A stretch of 64,000 nt of DNA, from NCBI GenBank assembly GCA_963815115.1, contig CAWFFN010000008.1, positions 160,001-224,000 on the forward strand, in the 5' to 3' direction. Below, in pieces: positions 1-9,273 of the stretch (position 1 is the first letter of the stretch; the number at the start of each line of letters is the position of its first letter). This stretch comes from an uncultured delta proteobacterium. Its GTDB lineage: Bacteria; Desulfobacterota; Binatia; DP-6. The notes under the pieces are model-generated. The model worked only from the letters and a program-made list of their open reading frames with translations. It was not told the origin of the DNA and searched no databases. Both the position numbers and the translations under genes were made by a program.

Positions 1-1299
1 GCTCGCAACGAGGACGACCGCAGCAACGTCATACGGCGCGCCATCGACAGCCATCGCGCACGGAACGTCATCATGTTCCTGGGCGACGGGATGGGAGACT
101 CCGAGATCACCATCGCGCGCAACTACGAGAAAGGAGCGGCCGGACGGCTGTCGATGGACTCCCTGGCACTGACCGGTGAGTACACCACCTACGCCGTGAA
201 GCGGGGCACGGCCGGCGTCCCGGACTACGTCACCGACTCGGCCGCATCCGGCACCGGATGGTCGACCGGACACAAGACCTACAACAACGCCATCTCCGTC
301 GATCCCGTCACCTTCGTGCCGCTGCCGACCATCCTGGAGCTCGCGCAGCAGGCCGGCTTCAAGACCGGCAACATCACGACCGCCGAGCTGACCGATGCGA
401 CGCCGGCGGTCCTGGACTCGCACATCACGCTGCGCGGCTGCCAGGGGCCGGCAGACATGGCGGCCTGTCCGACCGAGACCAAGGACGCCGGCGGCCTCGG
501 CTCGATCGCCGAGCAGACCGTGGATCACGGGGTCGACGTGCTCATGGGCGGTGGCAAGCAGCGCTTCGACCAGACGGTGACCGGCGGGCCCTTCGCCGGA
601 CAGACCGTGAGGGCGCAGGCCCAGGCGCAGGGCTATCAGATCGCCACCGACCAGGCCGGGCTCGACAACGCCCTCCCCACGGCGAAGTTCCTGGGACTGT
701 TCGCCGCCGGCAACATGGACCTCGAGTGGACCGGTCCCCTCGCCGCTCCGTATCCGGGCCCCGACCCCGCGAGCTGCATCGAGCCCGATCCTGCACGGCC
801 GGCCACCGAGCCGCACCTCTCCGCGATGACGGCGAAGGCCATCGCGCTGCTGTCGGCCAAGGTGAAGGGGGACAAGCGGAACGGGTTCTTCCTGCAGGTC
901 GAGGGCGCCTCGATCGACAAGCAGGACCACGCCGAGAATCCGTGCGGGCAGATCGGCGAGACCATCGAGTTCGACCGGGCCATCCAGGTCGCCCTCGACT
1001 GGGCGAAGACCAACCCGGACACGCTCATCATCGTCACCGCGGATCATGGCCACACCAGCCAGATCATCGATCCGCAGACGGCGGCCGATCACAGCCCGGG
1101 CGCGATTGCCACCCTGCTCACGAAGGAAGGCCAGCCGATGGTCGTCAACTACGCGACCAACCTGCACGGCCGCTCGCAGAGCCACACCGGGACCGAGGTG
1201 CGGGTTGCGGCGCAGGGCCCGCAGGCCGCCAACGTCGTCGGCATCACCAACCAGACCGATCTCTTCCACACCATGGCGCGAGCGCTGGGCCTCGAGTAG
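1..1299 (+). CDS. phoA: Alkaline phosphatase (PhoA family), 5' end outside the window
   Basis: Frame open from base 1. Motifs NVIMFLGDGMG, active-site TDSAASGT, EGASIDKQDH, TADHGH, SHTG. Confidence 0.9.
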   Translation, partial: ARNEDDRSNVIRRAIDSHRARNVIMFLGDGMGDSEITIARNYEKGAAGRLSMDSLALTGEYTTYAVKRGTAGVPDYVTDSAASGTGWSTGHKTYNNAISVDPVTFVPLPTILELAQQAGFKTGNITTAELTDATPAVLDSHITLRGCQGPADMAACPTETKDAGGLGSIAEQTVDHGVDVLMGGGKQRFDQTVTGGPFAGQTVRAQAQAQGYQIATDQAGLDNALPTAKFLGLFAAGNMDLEWTGPLAAPYPGPDPASCIEPDPARPATEPHLSAMTAKAIALLSAKVKGDKRNGFFLQVEGASIDKQDHAENPCGQIGETIEFDRAIQVALDWAKTNPDTLIIVTADHGHTSQIIDPQTAADHSPGAIATLLTKEGQPMVVNYATNLHGRSQSHTGTEVRVAAQGPQAANVVGITNQTDLFHTMARALGLE

Positions 1300-1320
1300 G
1301 CGCTCGGGGAACGCTGCTCG

Positions 1321-3270
1321 TCAGTGACACCGCAGGCGCGCCGCGTCGCCGTCGCAGCGGGGACGTGGCGCGCCAGGCGGGTTCCAGACCAGCGACGCGC
1401 ACTCGAGCGGCGCGCCGAGCACGACGGTCGTGCGCACCCCCGAGGCCTGCGGCAGCTCGATGCTTCCGCCCTTTCCCTTCACGGTGAAGCGCAGGAGCCC
1501 GTCCTCCCGGCTCGAGCGGTCCTGGACCACGGCCTTGGTGATCCCCGAGACGCTGCCGGTCCGGTCGGTGAACGTCCAGCGCGTGCGGGCGTCGTTCGCG
1601 CGCCAGCGCGAGTCGCCGGGCAGGCTGACGTCGAGTCCACCAGGCCCGCTCGCGGAGTCGATCACGATCCGCAGGCCGTGCGCGGACGGATCGATCGCCG
1701 TCCACGGCTTCGGGATCACCGCCTCACCCTTCAGCCGGAGCGCGAACGGCGTCGCGGCGAGCCGGAGCGACGCCTTGGCGATCGCGATCCCGCTGGCACA
1801 CGCCGCGGGGGTGTGGCACTGGCACCCCTCGCAGACCGTCCCGCCGACGCAGTCGGCGTCGCCTTCGCAGCGCTCGGCGCCGCAGACGAGGCCGTCGCCG
1901 CACACGAGGGGTCGCTGCGCGCAGACACACCCCGCACAGGTCGTGCACGGATCGCCGCACGCGAGACCCGGCTCGCCGCACTGCTCGCCGGGATCCGCAG
2001 TGCCGTCACCGCAGTGCGACAGCTGCAGCTCGTACGCGCCGACGTCGACACCGGCGCCGACCGGGCGCGGATTGCCGTCCAGGTCGGCCGACGGGGCGCC
2101 CGCACCGCTGCCTTTGTCGACGGCAGGGCTGCCGGGGAGCAGGTGGAAGTCCGTTCCCGGCGCGACGAACTCTTCCGCCGGCGTGGTGAGGAAGGAGTGC
2201 GCGTCGTAGCCGAGCCCCTGCCAGCCCGCGAGCCCGAGCACGTGGCTGCCCTGATCGACGCTGAAGCGCCCGATGACGGCATTGTAGTCCGAGACCAGCC
2301 CCGGGCGGCTCGAGGCGTCCACGGCGATCGCGCCGTGCGTGGGATGGAGGTTCAGGAGGATGTTGTTGCGCACCACGTTCCCGGTCGAGCCCGAGTTGAT
2401 GTTGACGCACCAGCGGCCGTCGGCGGCGTTCACGATCGTGTTGTTCACCACCTGGTTGCCGGTCGAGCCGGTGCTGGCGTCGATGCGGTAGAGGCTCACG
2501 CCGCTGGCGTGGTTGTCGTAGAGCAGGTTGTTGCGCACCACGCCGCCGACGCTGCCGTCCATGTTGATGCCCGACCCGCCGCCGGCCCCGTTGCCGTAGA
2601 TCACGTTGCCCTCGACCAGCGCGCCGTCGATCCGGCCGGTGCCGCCCTCGCTCAGGTCGCCGTTGAAGTGGAGGCCGTTGGCGTGGTTGTCGTGCACGAG
2701 GTTGTTGCGCACCACGGGACGCGCGCTGCTGTTGGAGACGTAGATGCCGTGCTCCGCCTGCGAGTCGTGCGCCTCGTTCCCCTCGGCGAGGAAGTCGTCG
2801 ACGAAGCCGGTCAGGATGCCCCAGCGGCCGTTGAACCCGAGCTTGCAGTTGCGCACCGTGACGAAGGACGCGGTCACCGCCCGCACGCCCGTGCGCGTGC
2901 GGCCGTCGACCACGAAGCCGTCGATGACGACGTGCGACGCGCCCTCGAGGTTGATGCCGTCCGGCGTGGTCGGGTTGTCGGCCGTGATGCGGGCGGCGGC
3001 TCCCTCGGCCCGGAAGGTGATCGGGGCGGCGGCCGTGCCGGAGATGGTCAGGTAGAAGCCCTGGTAGCTGCCGTCGAGCACGTGCACGGTGTCACCCGGC
3101 GCGACGCGGGAGGCGGCGTGCGGCAGCGTTGCCCACGCCGCCGCGACCGACGCACCGCTGGCGCCGTCGTCGCCGCCGTTCCTCACCCAGTAGTCGATCG
3201 CGAGCGCCCGCGTCCCGATGACCACGAGCGCTCCGGCGACGACGCACCGGCGCCACCAGGGGGTCGACAC
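1321..3270 (-). CDS. Secreted right-handed beta-helix repeat protein with choice-of-anchor-Q-like segment and Cys-rich C-terminal region
   Basis: GTG start overlaps the upstream TAG. Signal-like N-terminus, PbH repeats (HGIYVSN, NNLVHDNHANG, NNLLYDNHASG), DFHLLPGSPAVDKG..DLDGNPR..DVGAYE, CGDG repeats. Confidence 0.75.
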   Translation of the reverse strand: MSTPWWRRCVVAGALVVIGTRALAIDYWVRNGGDDGASGASVAAAWATLPHAASRVAPGDTVHVLDGSYQGFYLTISGTAAAPITFRAEGAAARITADNPTTPDGINLEGASHVVIDGFVVDGRTRTGVRAVTASFVTVRNCKLGFNGRWGILTGFVDDFLAEGNEAHDSQAEHGIYVSNSSARPVVRNNLVHDNHANGLHFNGDLSEGGTGRIDGALVEGNVIYGNGAGGGSGINMDGSVGGVVRNNLLYDNHASGVSLYRIDASTGSTGNQVVNNTIVNAADGRWCVNINSGSTGNVVRNNILLNLHPTHGAIAVDASSRPGLVSDYNAVIGRFSVDQGSHVLGLAGWQGLGYDAHSFLTTPAEEFVAPGTDFHLLPGSPAVDKGSGAGAPSADLDGNPRPVGAGVDVGAYELQLSHCGDGTADPGEQCGEPGLACGDPCTTCAGCVCAQRPLVCGDGLVCGAERCEGDADCVGGTVCEGCQCHTPAACASGIAIAKASLRLAATPFALRLKGEAVIPKPWTAIDPSAHGLRIVIDSASGPGGLDVSLPGDSRWRANDARTRWTFTDRTGSVSGITKAVVQDRSSREDGLLRFTVKGKGGSIELPQASGVRTTVVLGAPLECASLVWNPPGAPRPRCDGDAARLRCH

Positions 3271-5189
3271 TAGGGCGTGAGGAACGCTCCCGACGGCGAC
3301 GCCGGCCACCCCGGTCGCAGCTCGCGCAGACGAGCCGCCAGCGTGGCGACCGTGCCTGCGTTTGCCGGGTCGGTGACCACGTTCGTCAGCTCGAAGGGAT
3401 CGAGCGACAGCTCGTACAGCTCCGCCTCGCCGGTCTGGTACTCGTTGTACTTCCACGGCGTGCCGCGGACCTCGGCGTAGGTCGGTATCGGGCCGTTCCA
3501 GTGCTCCTCGAGGAAGTCGCTGCGCCAGCTCGGGATCGTGCCGTCCAGCAGGCGAACCATGCTGAGCCCCTCCACCCCGGCATCCGGCGTCGCGCCCGCG
3601 AGCTCCGACAGCGTCTCCCCGTGGTCGATGTTGAGGCCGAAGCCGGCCTCGACGCGCGGCAGCGGAGCCAGCGGCTTGTAGCGGATGGCCAGCGGGACGC
3701 GCATGCACTCCTCGTACGGGCACTGCTTGGGCTCCCAGCGATGCGAGCCCCAGGAGTAGCCGTTGTCCGACGCGAAGATGATCATCGTGTCGTCGAGCTG
3801 ACCGATGTCCTGCAACGCCTGGATCAGGGCGGCGACGGCCTCGTCGACCGCCTGCAGGCTCTCGAGCTGCTTCCGGTCGAACGCGTCCTGGTTGGCCTGC
3901 TTGTTCGCGTTCCACGGCGCGATCGCCTGGACCCAGGCGGGCTTGTCGGACACGTCGGCCTCGTTGTAGTTCGGCGGCCGCCACGGCGGCACGCCCGAGA
4001 AGCTGCCGGCGTGGCGCGGCGCGGGCGTCGCGGGCGCGTGCGGCGCCTTGGGGGCGAAGTAGAGGAAGAACGGCTGTCCGGCCGGGGCGTCGTGAATGAA
4101 CTGGACGGCCCGGTCGCGCAGGACGTCGGTGGAATACTCGGCGTCGGTGCTGCCGAACGGCACCAGGACGCCGTTCTCCACCAGCGTGTAGTCGAAGTAG
4201 GCCACGTTCTTGAAGACGTGCCACTCGTCCCAGCCCGGTGCCTGGTACGGCGCGGCCGGCCCGTAGCCGTTCAGGTACTTGCCGTAGATGCCGGTGTGGT
4301 AGCCCGCGGCGTGGAGCCACACCGGCAGCGTGGAGCTGTCGTCGAACGCTCCGAAGCCGCCGTCCGCCCCGCCGTTGTCGTGCACGCCCGTCGTGTGCGC
4401 GTACTTGGCGGCCAGCAGGCTCGAGCGGCTCGGCGCGCACAGGTCGGTGGTGACGAAGCTGTTCTCGAAGCGCACGCCCTGGCCGACGATCTCGTTCATC
4501 ACGGTGGGCATCACCGGCGTGACCCCGTCCTTCGAGTGCGTCAGGTCGACGGTGTCGAAGCGCTGGTCGTCGGTGAGGATGAAGACGATGTTCGGCCGCA
4601 GCGGCGCGGCATTCGGCCCGACGCGGTCGACCCAGGTCTCGAGCAGGGTGACGAGCGCGTCCGGAAGCGCCGCCGTGTCGACGGGGCTGCCGGGACCGGG
4701 CACCGCCGCGTCGAGCTGCGGTCCGACGTCGGGCACGATGACCCCGCTCGGATCCTGCGCCACGCTCACCACGCACTTGCGCGGGATCTTGTCGATCGAG
4801 CGCCGCGCCTTGAGCTCCGCTTCCGCGGGCGACAGCCCCTGGACGAGGGAGCGGAGCTTCTTGCCGACGAAGTCGACGACCCCCTTGCTGATCTGCTTCT
4901 GACAGGTGATCTGGTCGCGCACGCCGCTGCGGTCGACGGCCGCCGCGGCGGGATTGTTGGCGCCCCAGGCGAGCGCGATCGCGTCTGCCACCAGCGTGCC
5001 CGAGCACGCCGGCGGTGCGCTCGTCTTGCAGGTGATCGCCGGCCCCTTGCGCAGCTTCTTGTAGTTGCAGCTCGCCGCCTGCTTGGCGCTCTTCTGCACC
5101 GCGCTGGCGTCGCTCTTGGTGGTGCATTGCGCGCCGGCGAGCGCCGGCACGACGACCACGCCGAGGAGGACGATCGATGCGCTTCGCAT
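3270..5189 (-). CDS. Secreted Cys-type sulfatase (N-acetylglucosamine-6-sulfatase-like) with Cys-rich N-terminal domain
   Basis: PNIVFILTDDQR, formylglycine motif LCAPSRSSLL (CxPxR), GKYLNGY, SDNG. Signal peptide MRSASIVLLGVVVVPALAGA. Confidence 0.88.
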   Translation of the reverse strand: MRSASIVLLGVVVVPALAGAQCTTKSDASAVQKSAKQAASCNYKKLRKGPAITCKTSAPPACSGTLVADAIALAWGANNPAAAAVDRSGVRDQITCQKQISKGVVDFVGKKLRSLVQGLSPAEAELKARRSIDKIPRKCVVSVAQDPSGVIVPDVGPQLDAAVPGPGSPVDTAALPDALVTLLETWVDRVGPNAAPLRPNIVFILTDDQRFDTVDLTHSKDGVTPVMPTVMNEIVGQGVRFENSFVTTDLCAPSRSSLLAAKYAHTTGVHDNGGADGGFGAFDDSSTLPVWLHAAGYHTGIYGKYLNGYGPAAPYQAPGWDEWHVFKNVAYFDYTLVENGVLVPFGSTDAEYSTDVLRDRAVQFIHDAPAGQPFFLYFAPKAPHAPATPAPRHAGSFSGVPPWRPPNYNEADVSDKPAWVQAIAPWNANKQANQDAFDRKQLESLQAVDEAVAALIQALQDIGQLDDTMIIFASDNGYSWGSHRWEPKQCPYEECMRVPLAIRYKPLAPLPRVEAGFGLNIDHGETLSELAGATPDAGVEGLSMVRLLDGTIPSWRSDFLEEHWNGPIPTYAEVRGTPWKYNEYQTGEAELYELSLDPFELTNVVTDPANAGTVATLAARLRELRPGWPASPSGAFLTP

Positions 5190-5280
5190 CGCTTCTGGTA
5201 GGCGCGGAGTCCGTCCGCTGTCAAGGGAAGAAATCATCGCCGCGTTGCAAACGGCTCGACTTCGCCTCATATCGACGCCC

Positions 5281-6516
5281 ATGTTCCTCGCTCCTGGCCA
5301 GGCCGCGGAGGTCCGCGAGCGCTTCGGCACCCCGTGCTACGTCTACGACCGGCGGACGCTCGAGAGCGCGGCGCGCACCGCCCTCGCCTTCCCGGCCCCG
5401 TTCGGCTTCACCCTGCGCTACGCGATGAAGGCCAACCCGAACGCCGCCATCCTGCGCATCTTCCGCGCCTTCGGGCTGCACCTCGACGCGTCGAGCGACC
5501 ACGAGGTGGAGCGCGCGCTGCGCGTCGGCGTGCCGGGCGGCACCATCCAGCTCACCTCGCAGATGCCGTCGCGCCGGCTGGAGGAATTCGTGGCGCGCGG
5601 CGTGCGCTACAACGCCTGCTCGCTGCACCAGCTCGAGCGCTTCGGCCAGGCGTTCCCGGGCCGCGACGTGACCATCCGCGTCAACCCGGGCCTGGGCAGC
5701 GGCTCGACCAACCGGACCAACACCGGCGGCCCGGGCTCCAGCTTCGGCATCTGGCACGAGGCCCTGGACGAGGCCAAGGCCGCTGCCGCCCGCCACGGTC
5801 TCCGGGTGAGCGGGCTGCACACCCACATCGGCTCCGGCACCGATCCGGCGGTGTGGAAGCGCGTGGCACGCATGAGCCTCGACATCGCGGCGCGCCTGCC
5901 GGACGTCGCCACGCTCAACCTCGGCGGCGGCTTCAAGGTGGCGCGCGTCGCCGAGGAGCGCTCCACCGACCTGGCGGACATCGGTACGCACGTCCGCCAG
6001 GAGCTGCTCGAGTTCCGCGATCGCAGCGGCCGGACGCTCCACCTGGAGATCGAGCCCGGCACGTATCTCGTCGCCAACGCCGGCTGCATCGTCGCCACCT
6101 GCATCGACGTCGCCGATACCGGCGCGGAGGGCTACCGCTTCGCGAAGCTCGATACCGGCATGACGGAGGTCACGCGCCCCTCGCTGTACGGCGCGCAGCA
6201 TCCGATCGACGTGCTCGCCGAGCGCGAGAGCGCCCGGGTCGTCTTCGTCGGACCGTGCTGCGAGTCGGGAGACGTGCTCACCCCGGCGCCCGGCGACCCG
6301 GAGGCGCTGGCGCCACGGCTGGTGCCGCGCCCGGCGATCGGTGACCTCGTCCTGATCGGCGGCGCCGGCGCCTACTGCGCCGCCATGTCCACCATCAACT
6401 ACAACTCGTACCCCCAGGCTCCCGAGGTGATGCGCGAGCTCGACGGCTCGCTGCGGCTCGTGCGGCGCCGCCAGACGCTCGAGCAGCTGCTCGCCAGCGA
6501 GGTGGTCGACGATTAG
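5281..6516 (+). CDS. lysA: Diaminopimelate decarboxylase (fold-type III PLP enzyme)
   Basis: GTPCYVYD, YAMKANPN (PLP Lys), HTHIGSG, LNLGGGF, EPGTYLVA, GPCCESGD, GAGAY. Confidence 0.85.
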   Translation: MFLAPGQAAEVRERFGTPCYVYDRRTLESAARTALAFPAPFGFTLRYAMKANPNAAILRIFRAFGLHLDASSDHEVERALRVGVPGGTIQLTSQMPSRRLEEFVARGVRYNACSLHQLERFGQAFPGRDVTIRVNPGLGSGSTNRTNTGGPGSSFGIWHEALDEAKAAAARHGLRVSGLHTHIGSGTDPAVWKRVARMSLDIAARLPDVATLNLGGGFKVARVAEERSTDLADIGTHVRQELLEFRDRSGRTLHLEIEPGTYLVANAGCIVATCIDVADTGAEGYRFAKLDTGMTEVTRPSLYGAQHPIDVLAERESARVVFVGPCCESGDVLTPAPGDPEALAPRLVPRPAIGDLVLIGGAGAYCAAMSTINYNSYPQAPEVMRELDGSLRLVRRRQTLEQLLASEVVDD

Positions 6517-6892
6517 CAGCTCCCGGCACGCTCCGGCCCGCCGGGGCAGCTTTGCGGCGCGCACCGGGACCGCCACGACGGCCTCGGGACGGGTCCGGCG
6601 GGCGACGGCGCGTGCACTCTGCGCCGGCCATTTCCCGGGCGATCCGCTGCTCCCCGGGGCCGCCCTCGTGGCCCTCATGGCCGAGCTCGGTGCGACGCTC
6701 GGCGGCCCGCGTGCCCGGCTGGTGGCGGTCGAGCGCAGCGTCTTCCGCCGTCGCGTCGGTCCCCATGCCGGCATCGTCGTCAGTGCCCGCCGGGTGCGGG
6801 CCGTGAAGAGGGGATTCAGCGTCCACGCCACCGTGACGGGCAGGACCGACGTCGCGGCGTGGGCGATCCTGCGCTTCGAGGATGCGCGGTGA
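6512..6892 (+). CDS. Hot-dog 3-hydroxyacyl-ACP dehydratase subunit (FabZ/ApeI-like); start uncertain
   Basis: In-frame GHFPGDPLLPGA motif lies upstream of the called GTG at 6668. No ATG/GTG/TTG precedes the motif in frame. Confidence 0.6.
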   Translation: MSSSRHAPARRGSFAARTGTATTASGRVRRATARALCAGHFPGDPLLPGAALVALMAELGATLGGPRARLVAVERSVFRRRVGPHAGIVVSARRVRAVKRGFSVHATVTGRTDVAAWAILRFEDAR

Positions 6893-7281
6893 CGCTTCCG
6901 GCGCCCGGCGTCATGCTGAGACACCGGCCGCCGGCCCTGCTCCTGGGGACGGTCGACGCCCTCGTGGACCGCACGCTGGCCTGCACGGGGATCGACGCGG
7001 GGCGCTGGCCGTGGCCTCGCCTCCTGGAAGGCACCGCGCAGACGGCCGGACTGCTCGCGGGGCTTCAGCCCGGGGGCCCGGGCCGCGATGCGGTGATCGC
7101 CGAGTACCGCGACGTCTCTCTCGGCGTCGAGCGCCATCGCGGGCGCGTCCGCTTCGAGGCACGCCTCGAGCGCCGGCTGGCGCACTTCTGGCGCTGTCGC
7201 TGCGAGGCCCTCGCGGCCGACGGCCGCGTCCTGCTCGCGTCCCGGGTCACCCTGGCCCGCGCGCCGCAGCGCGAGGCGTGA
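6889..7281 (+). CDS. Hot-dog dehydratase subunit (ApeP/FabZ-like)
   Basis: GTGA overlap with the previous gene. LRHRPPALLL and LLEGTAQTAG match the FabZ-type PHRxPxLL / ExxAQ motifs. Confidence 0.7.
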   Translation: MTLPAPGVMLRHRPPALLLGTVDALVDRTLACTGIDAGRWPWPRLLEGTAQTAGLLAGLQPGGPGRDAVIAEYRDVSLGVERHRGRVRFEARLERRLAHFWRCRCEALAADGRVLLASRVTLARAPQREA

Positions 7282-8456
7282 GCATGGCCTCGTTCGCCGT
7301 CGAGCCGCTCGACCCGCGCGCCTACGAGCGCCTCGCGGCCGCGGGTCTGGCGCCGGATCCCTTCAACCCGGCGCAGCATCGCAGCTGCGAGCTGGTGGAG
7401 CGCTACGCCGTCGACACGGCGCTCGACCTGTGCAGCCGGCTGGGCGTCCTCGAGCTGCTCCACGCGCCGCGCTCCGTCCAGGCGCTGTGCGCGGCGCGCG
7501 GCTTCCTGCCGGCCTTCGAGCGACCGCTGCGCTGGCTGCTCGAGCGTCTCGTGGCGGCGGACGTGCTCGCGCGCGCCGGTACGAGCTACGAGCTCTCCGG
7601 ACCACCCCGGGAGCCGGCGCTCGCGGCGCTGCGCGCGGAGGCGCTGGCGGACGACCCGTCGTATGCGCCCGCCTACGACCTGCTCGACGCCGTGGCGGCG
7701 CTCTACCCCGGCGTCGCCCGGGGCGAGGTGCAGGCCGAGCGCGCGCTGTTCCTCCGCGCCCGTCTCTGGGCGGCCTACTTCGACAACGCGAACGGGTACT
7801 ACGCGCTGAGCAATCGGGTGGCCGCGCGCGCGGCGGCGGTCCGGCTCGGCAGCGGCGGCCAGGTGCTCGAGGTCGGCTCGGGCCTCGGCAGCGCCACGGA
7901 CGCGCTCCTCGCCGAGCTGCGGGCACGCGGCGCGCTCGGGCTGGTGACCGCCTTTCGTGCGACCGAGCCAGCGCTCTTCTTCCGCCGGCGCGCCCAACGG
8001 ACGCTCGAGCAGTCGTGGCCCGACGTCGCGCTCACCTTCGATGCCCTCGACGTCAACCGGCCGTGGGCGGCGCAGGGCGTCGAGCCGGGAACGTATGCGC
8101 TCGTCTGGGGCGTCAACGTGTTCCATCTCGCCCGTCACCTCGACGACGCGCTCCGCGAAGCCCGCGCCGCGCTCGTCCCTGGCGGCTGGCTCGTCGTCGG
8201 CGAGGGCATGCGACCCGGGCCCGGCGTCCCGGTCGGCGCCGAGCTGCCCTTCCAGCTCCTGGACAGCTTTCACGACGTCGTGCTCGATCCCGCCCTGCGA
8301 CCGACGTCGGGGTTCCTCACTGCCGAGCTGTGGCAGGATGCGCTCCGGCGCGCGGGCTTCGACGACGTCGCGCTCTTCCCCGACGTGATCGAGCTGCGCG
8401 AGAGCTATCCCGGATTCGTCGCGGCGGCGGCCTGCGGCCGGCGCCCGCGGCGCTGA
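7278..8456 (+). CDS. Stand-alone SAM-dependent methyltransferase resembling PKS C-methyltransferase domains
   Basis: VLEVGSGLGSAT SAM motif; GVNVFHLA..ALVPGGWLVVGE (cMT NVxH...PGGxLxxxE); LTAELWQDALRRAGF. GTGA-coupled to the dehydratase. Confidence 0.75.
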   Translation: MSMASFAVEPLDPRAYERLAAAGLAPDPFNPAQHRSCELVERYAVDTALDLCSRLGVLELLHAPRSVQALCAARGFLPAFERPLRWLLERLVAADVLARAGTSYELSGPPREPALAALRAEALADDPSYAPAYDLLDAVAALYPGVARGEVQAERALFLRARLWAAYFDNANGYYALSNRVAARAAAVRLGSGGQVLEVGSGLGSATDALLAELRARGALGLVTAFRATEPALFFRRRAQRTLEQSWPDVALTFDALDVNRPWAAQGVEPGTYALVWGVNVFHLARHLDDALREARAALVPGGWLVVGEGMRPGPGVPVGAELPFQLLDSFHDVVLDPALRPTSGFLTAELWQDALRRAGFDDVALFPDVIELRESYPGFVAAAACGRRPRR

Positions 8457-8510
8457 CGCGGAACCTGCCGATTCCTTGAATCCGCCGCGAGAGGTCTGTA
8501 CACGCCCGCC

Positions 8511-9266
8511 GTGCGTGCCTCCCGACACCGCGCCGCTGGATGGCTGGCAGCCGTCGTCGTCCTGCTTGGCTGCGGCTCGACCTCGACGACGAAGCCCGGT
8601 GCCCCGGCGGGCATGGTCTACATCCCGCCTGGCGAGTTTCTCATGGGCAGCGCCGCGGACGATCCGGCGGTCTACGACTGGGAGCGGCCGCACGAGCAGC
8701 CGCAGCACCCCGTCTGGGTCGACGGCTTCTACATCGACGACCACGAGGTCACCAACGCCGACTTCGAGCGCGTCACGCCCACCCACCCGCGCAGCAAGCT
8801 GTCGCCCTGCGACGACTGCCCGGTGACCGACGTGTCGTGGTGGGCGGCGGAGTCGTACTGCGCGAGGCAGACGCCTGCCCGGCGGCTGCCCACCGAGGCC
8901 GAATGGGAGAAGGCAGCGAAGGGCGGCCTCCCGGCGTGGGAGCCCGAACCCTTCGAGGAGTACGTGTGGGACGCCAAGAACACGATCAGCCGGGCGCAGC
9001 CCGTGGCGACCAGGAAGGCGAACCCGTACGGGCTCCACGACATGCTCGGGAACGTGCGCGAGTGGACCGCCGACTGGTACGGGCCGGACTACTACCAGCA
9101 GCGGGAATACACGAACCCGAAGGGACCGCCCGGGGGCATACGTCGGGTGGAGCGCGGAGGAGCGTTCTTCCTGCCCAGGCGCGGCGTGACCACGACGATC
9201 CGCTACAACCATCCACCCCACTTCACGCTGTACTTCCTGGGCTTCCGCTGTGCGATGACGCCGTAG
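8511..9266 (+). CDS. FGE-sulfatase (SUMF1) domain lipoprotein, probably non-catalytic
   Basis: Lipobox LLGC; GEFLMGS, EVTNADF, RLPTEAEWEKAA, NPYGLHDMLGNVREW, RGG, GFRCA. The catalytic Cys pair is missing. Confidence 0.85.
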   Translation: MRASRHRAAGWLAAVVVLLGCGSTSTTKPGAPAGMVYIPPGEFLMGSAADDPAVYDWERPHEQPQHPVWVDGFYIDDHEVTNADFERVTPTHPRSKLSPCDDCPVTDVSWWAAESYCARQTPARRLPTEAEWEKAAKGGLPAWEPEPFEEYVWDAKNTISRAQPVATRKANPYGLHDMLGNVREWTADWYGPDYYQQREYTNPKGPPGGIRRVERGGAFFLPRRGVTTTIRYNHPPHFTLYFLGFRCAMTP

Positions 9267-9273
9267 CGCTCGA

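Noticed and set aside
1321-5127. Long Arg/Ala/Pro-rich ORFs such as the 1268-aa call here or the 809-aa ORF at 33608-36037
   Set aside because: They are high-GC shadow frames or indel-made fusions; only the sub-segments with real motifs were kept.
8511-9266. FGE as the maturase for the CxPxR sulfatase
   Set aside because: It lacks the catalytic Cys pair after RGG and carries a lipoprotein signal.
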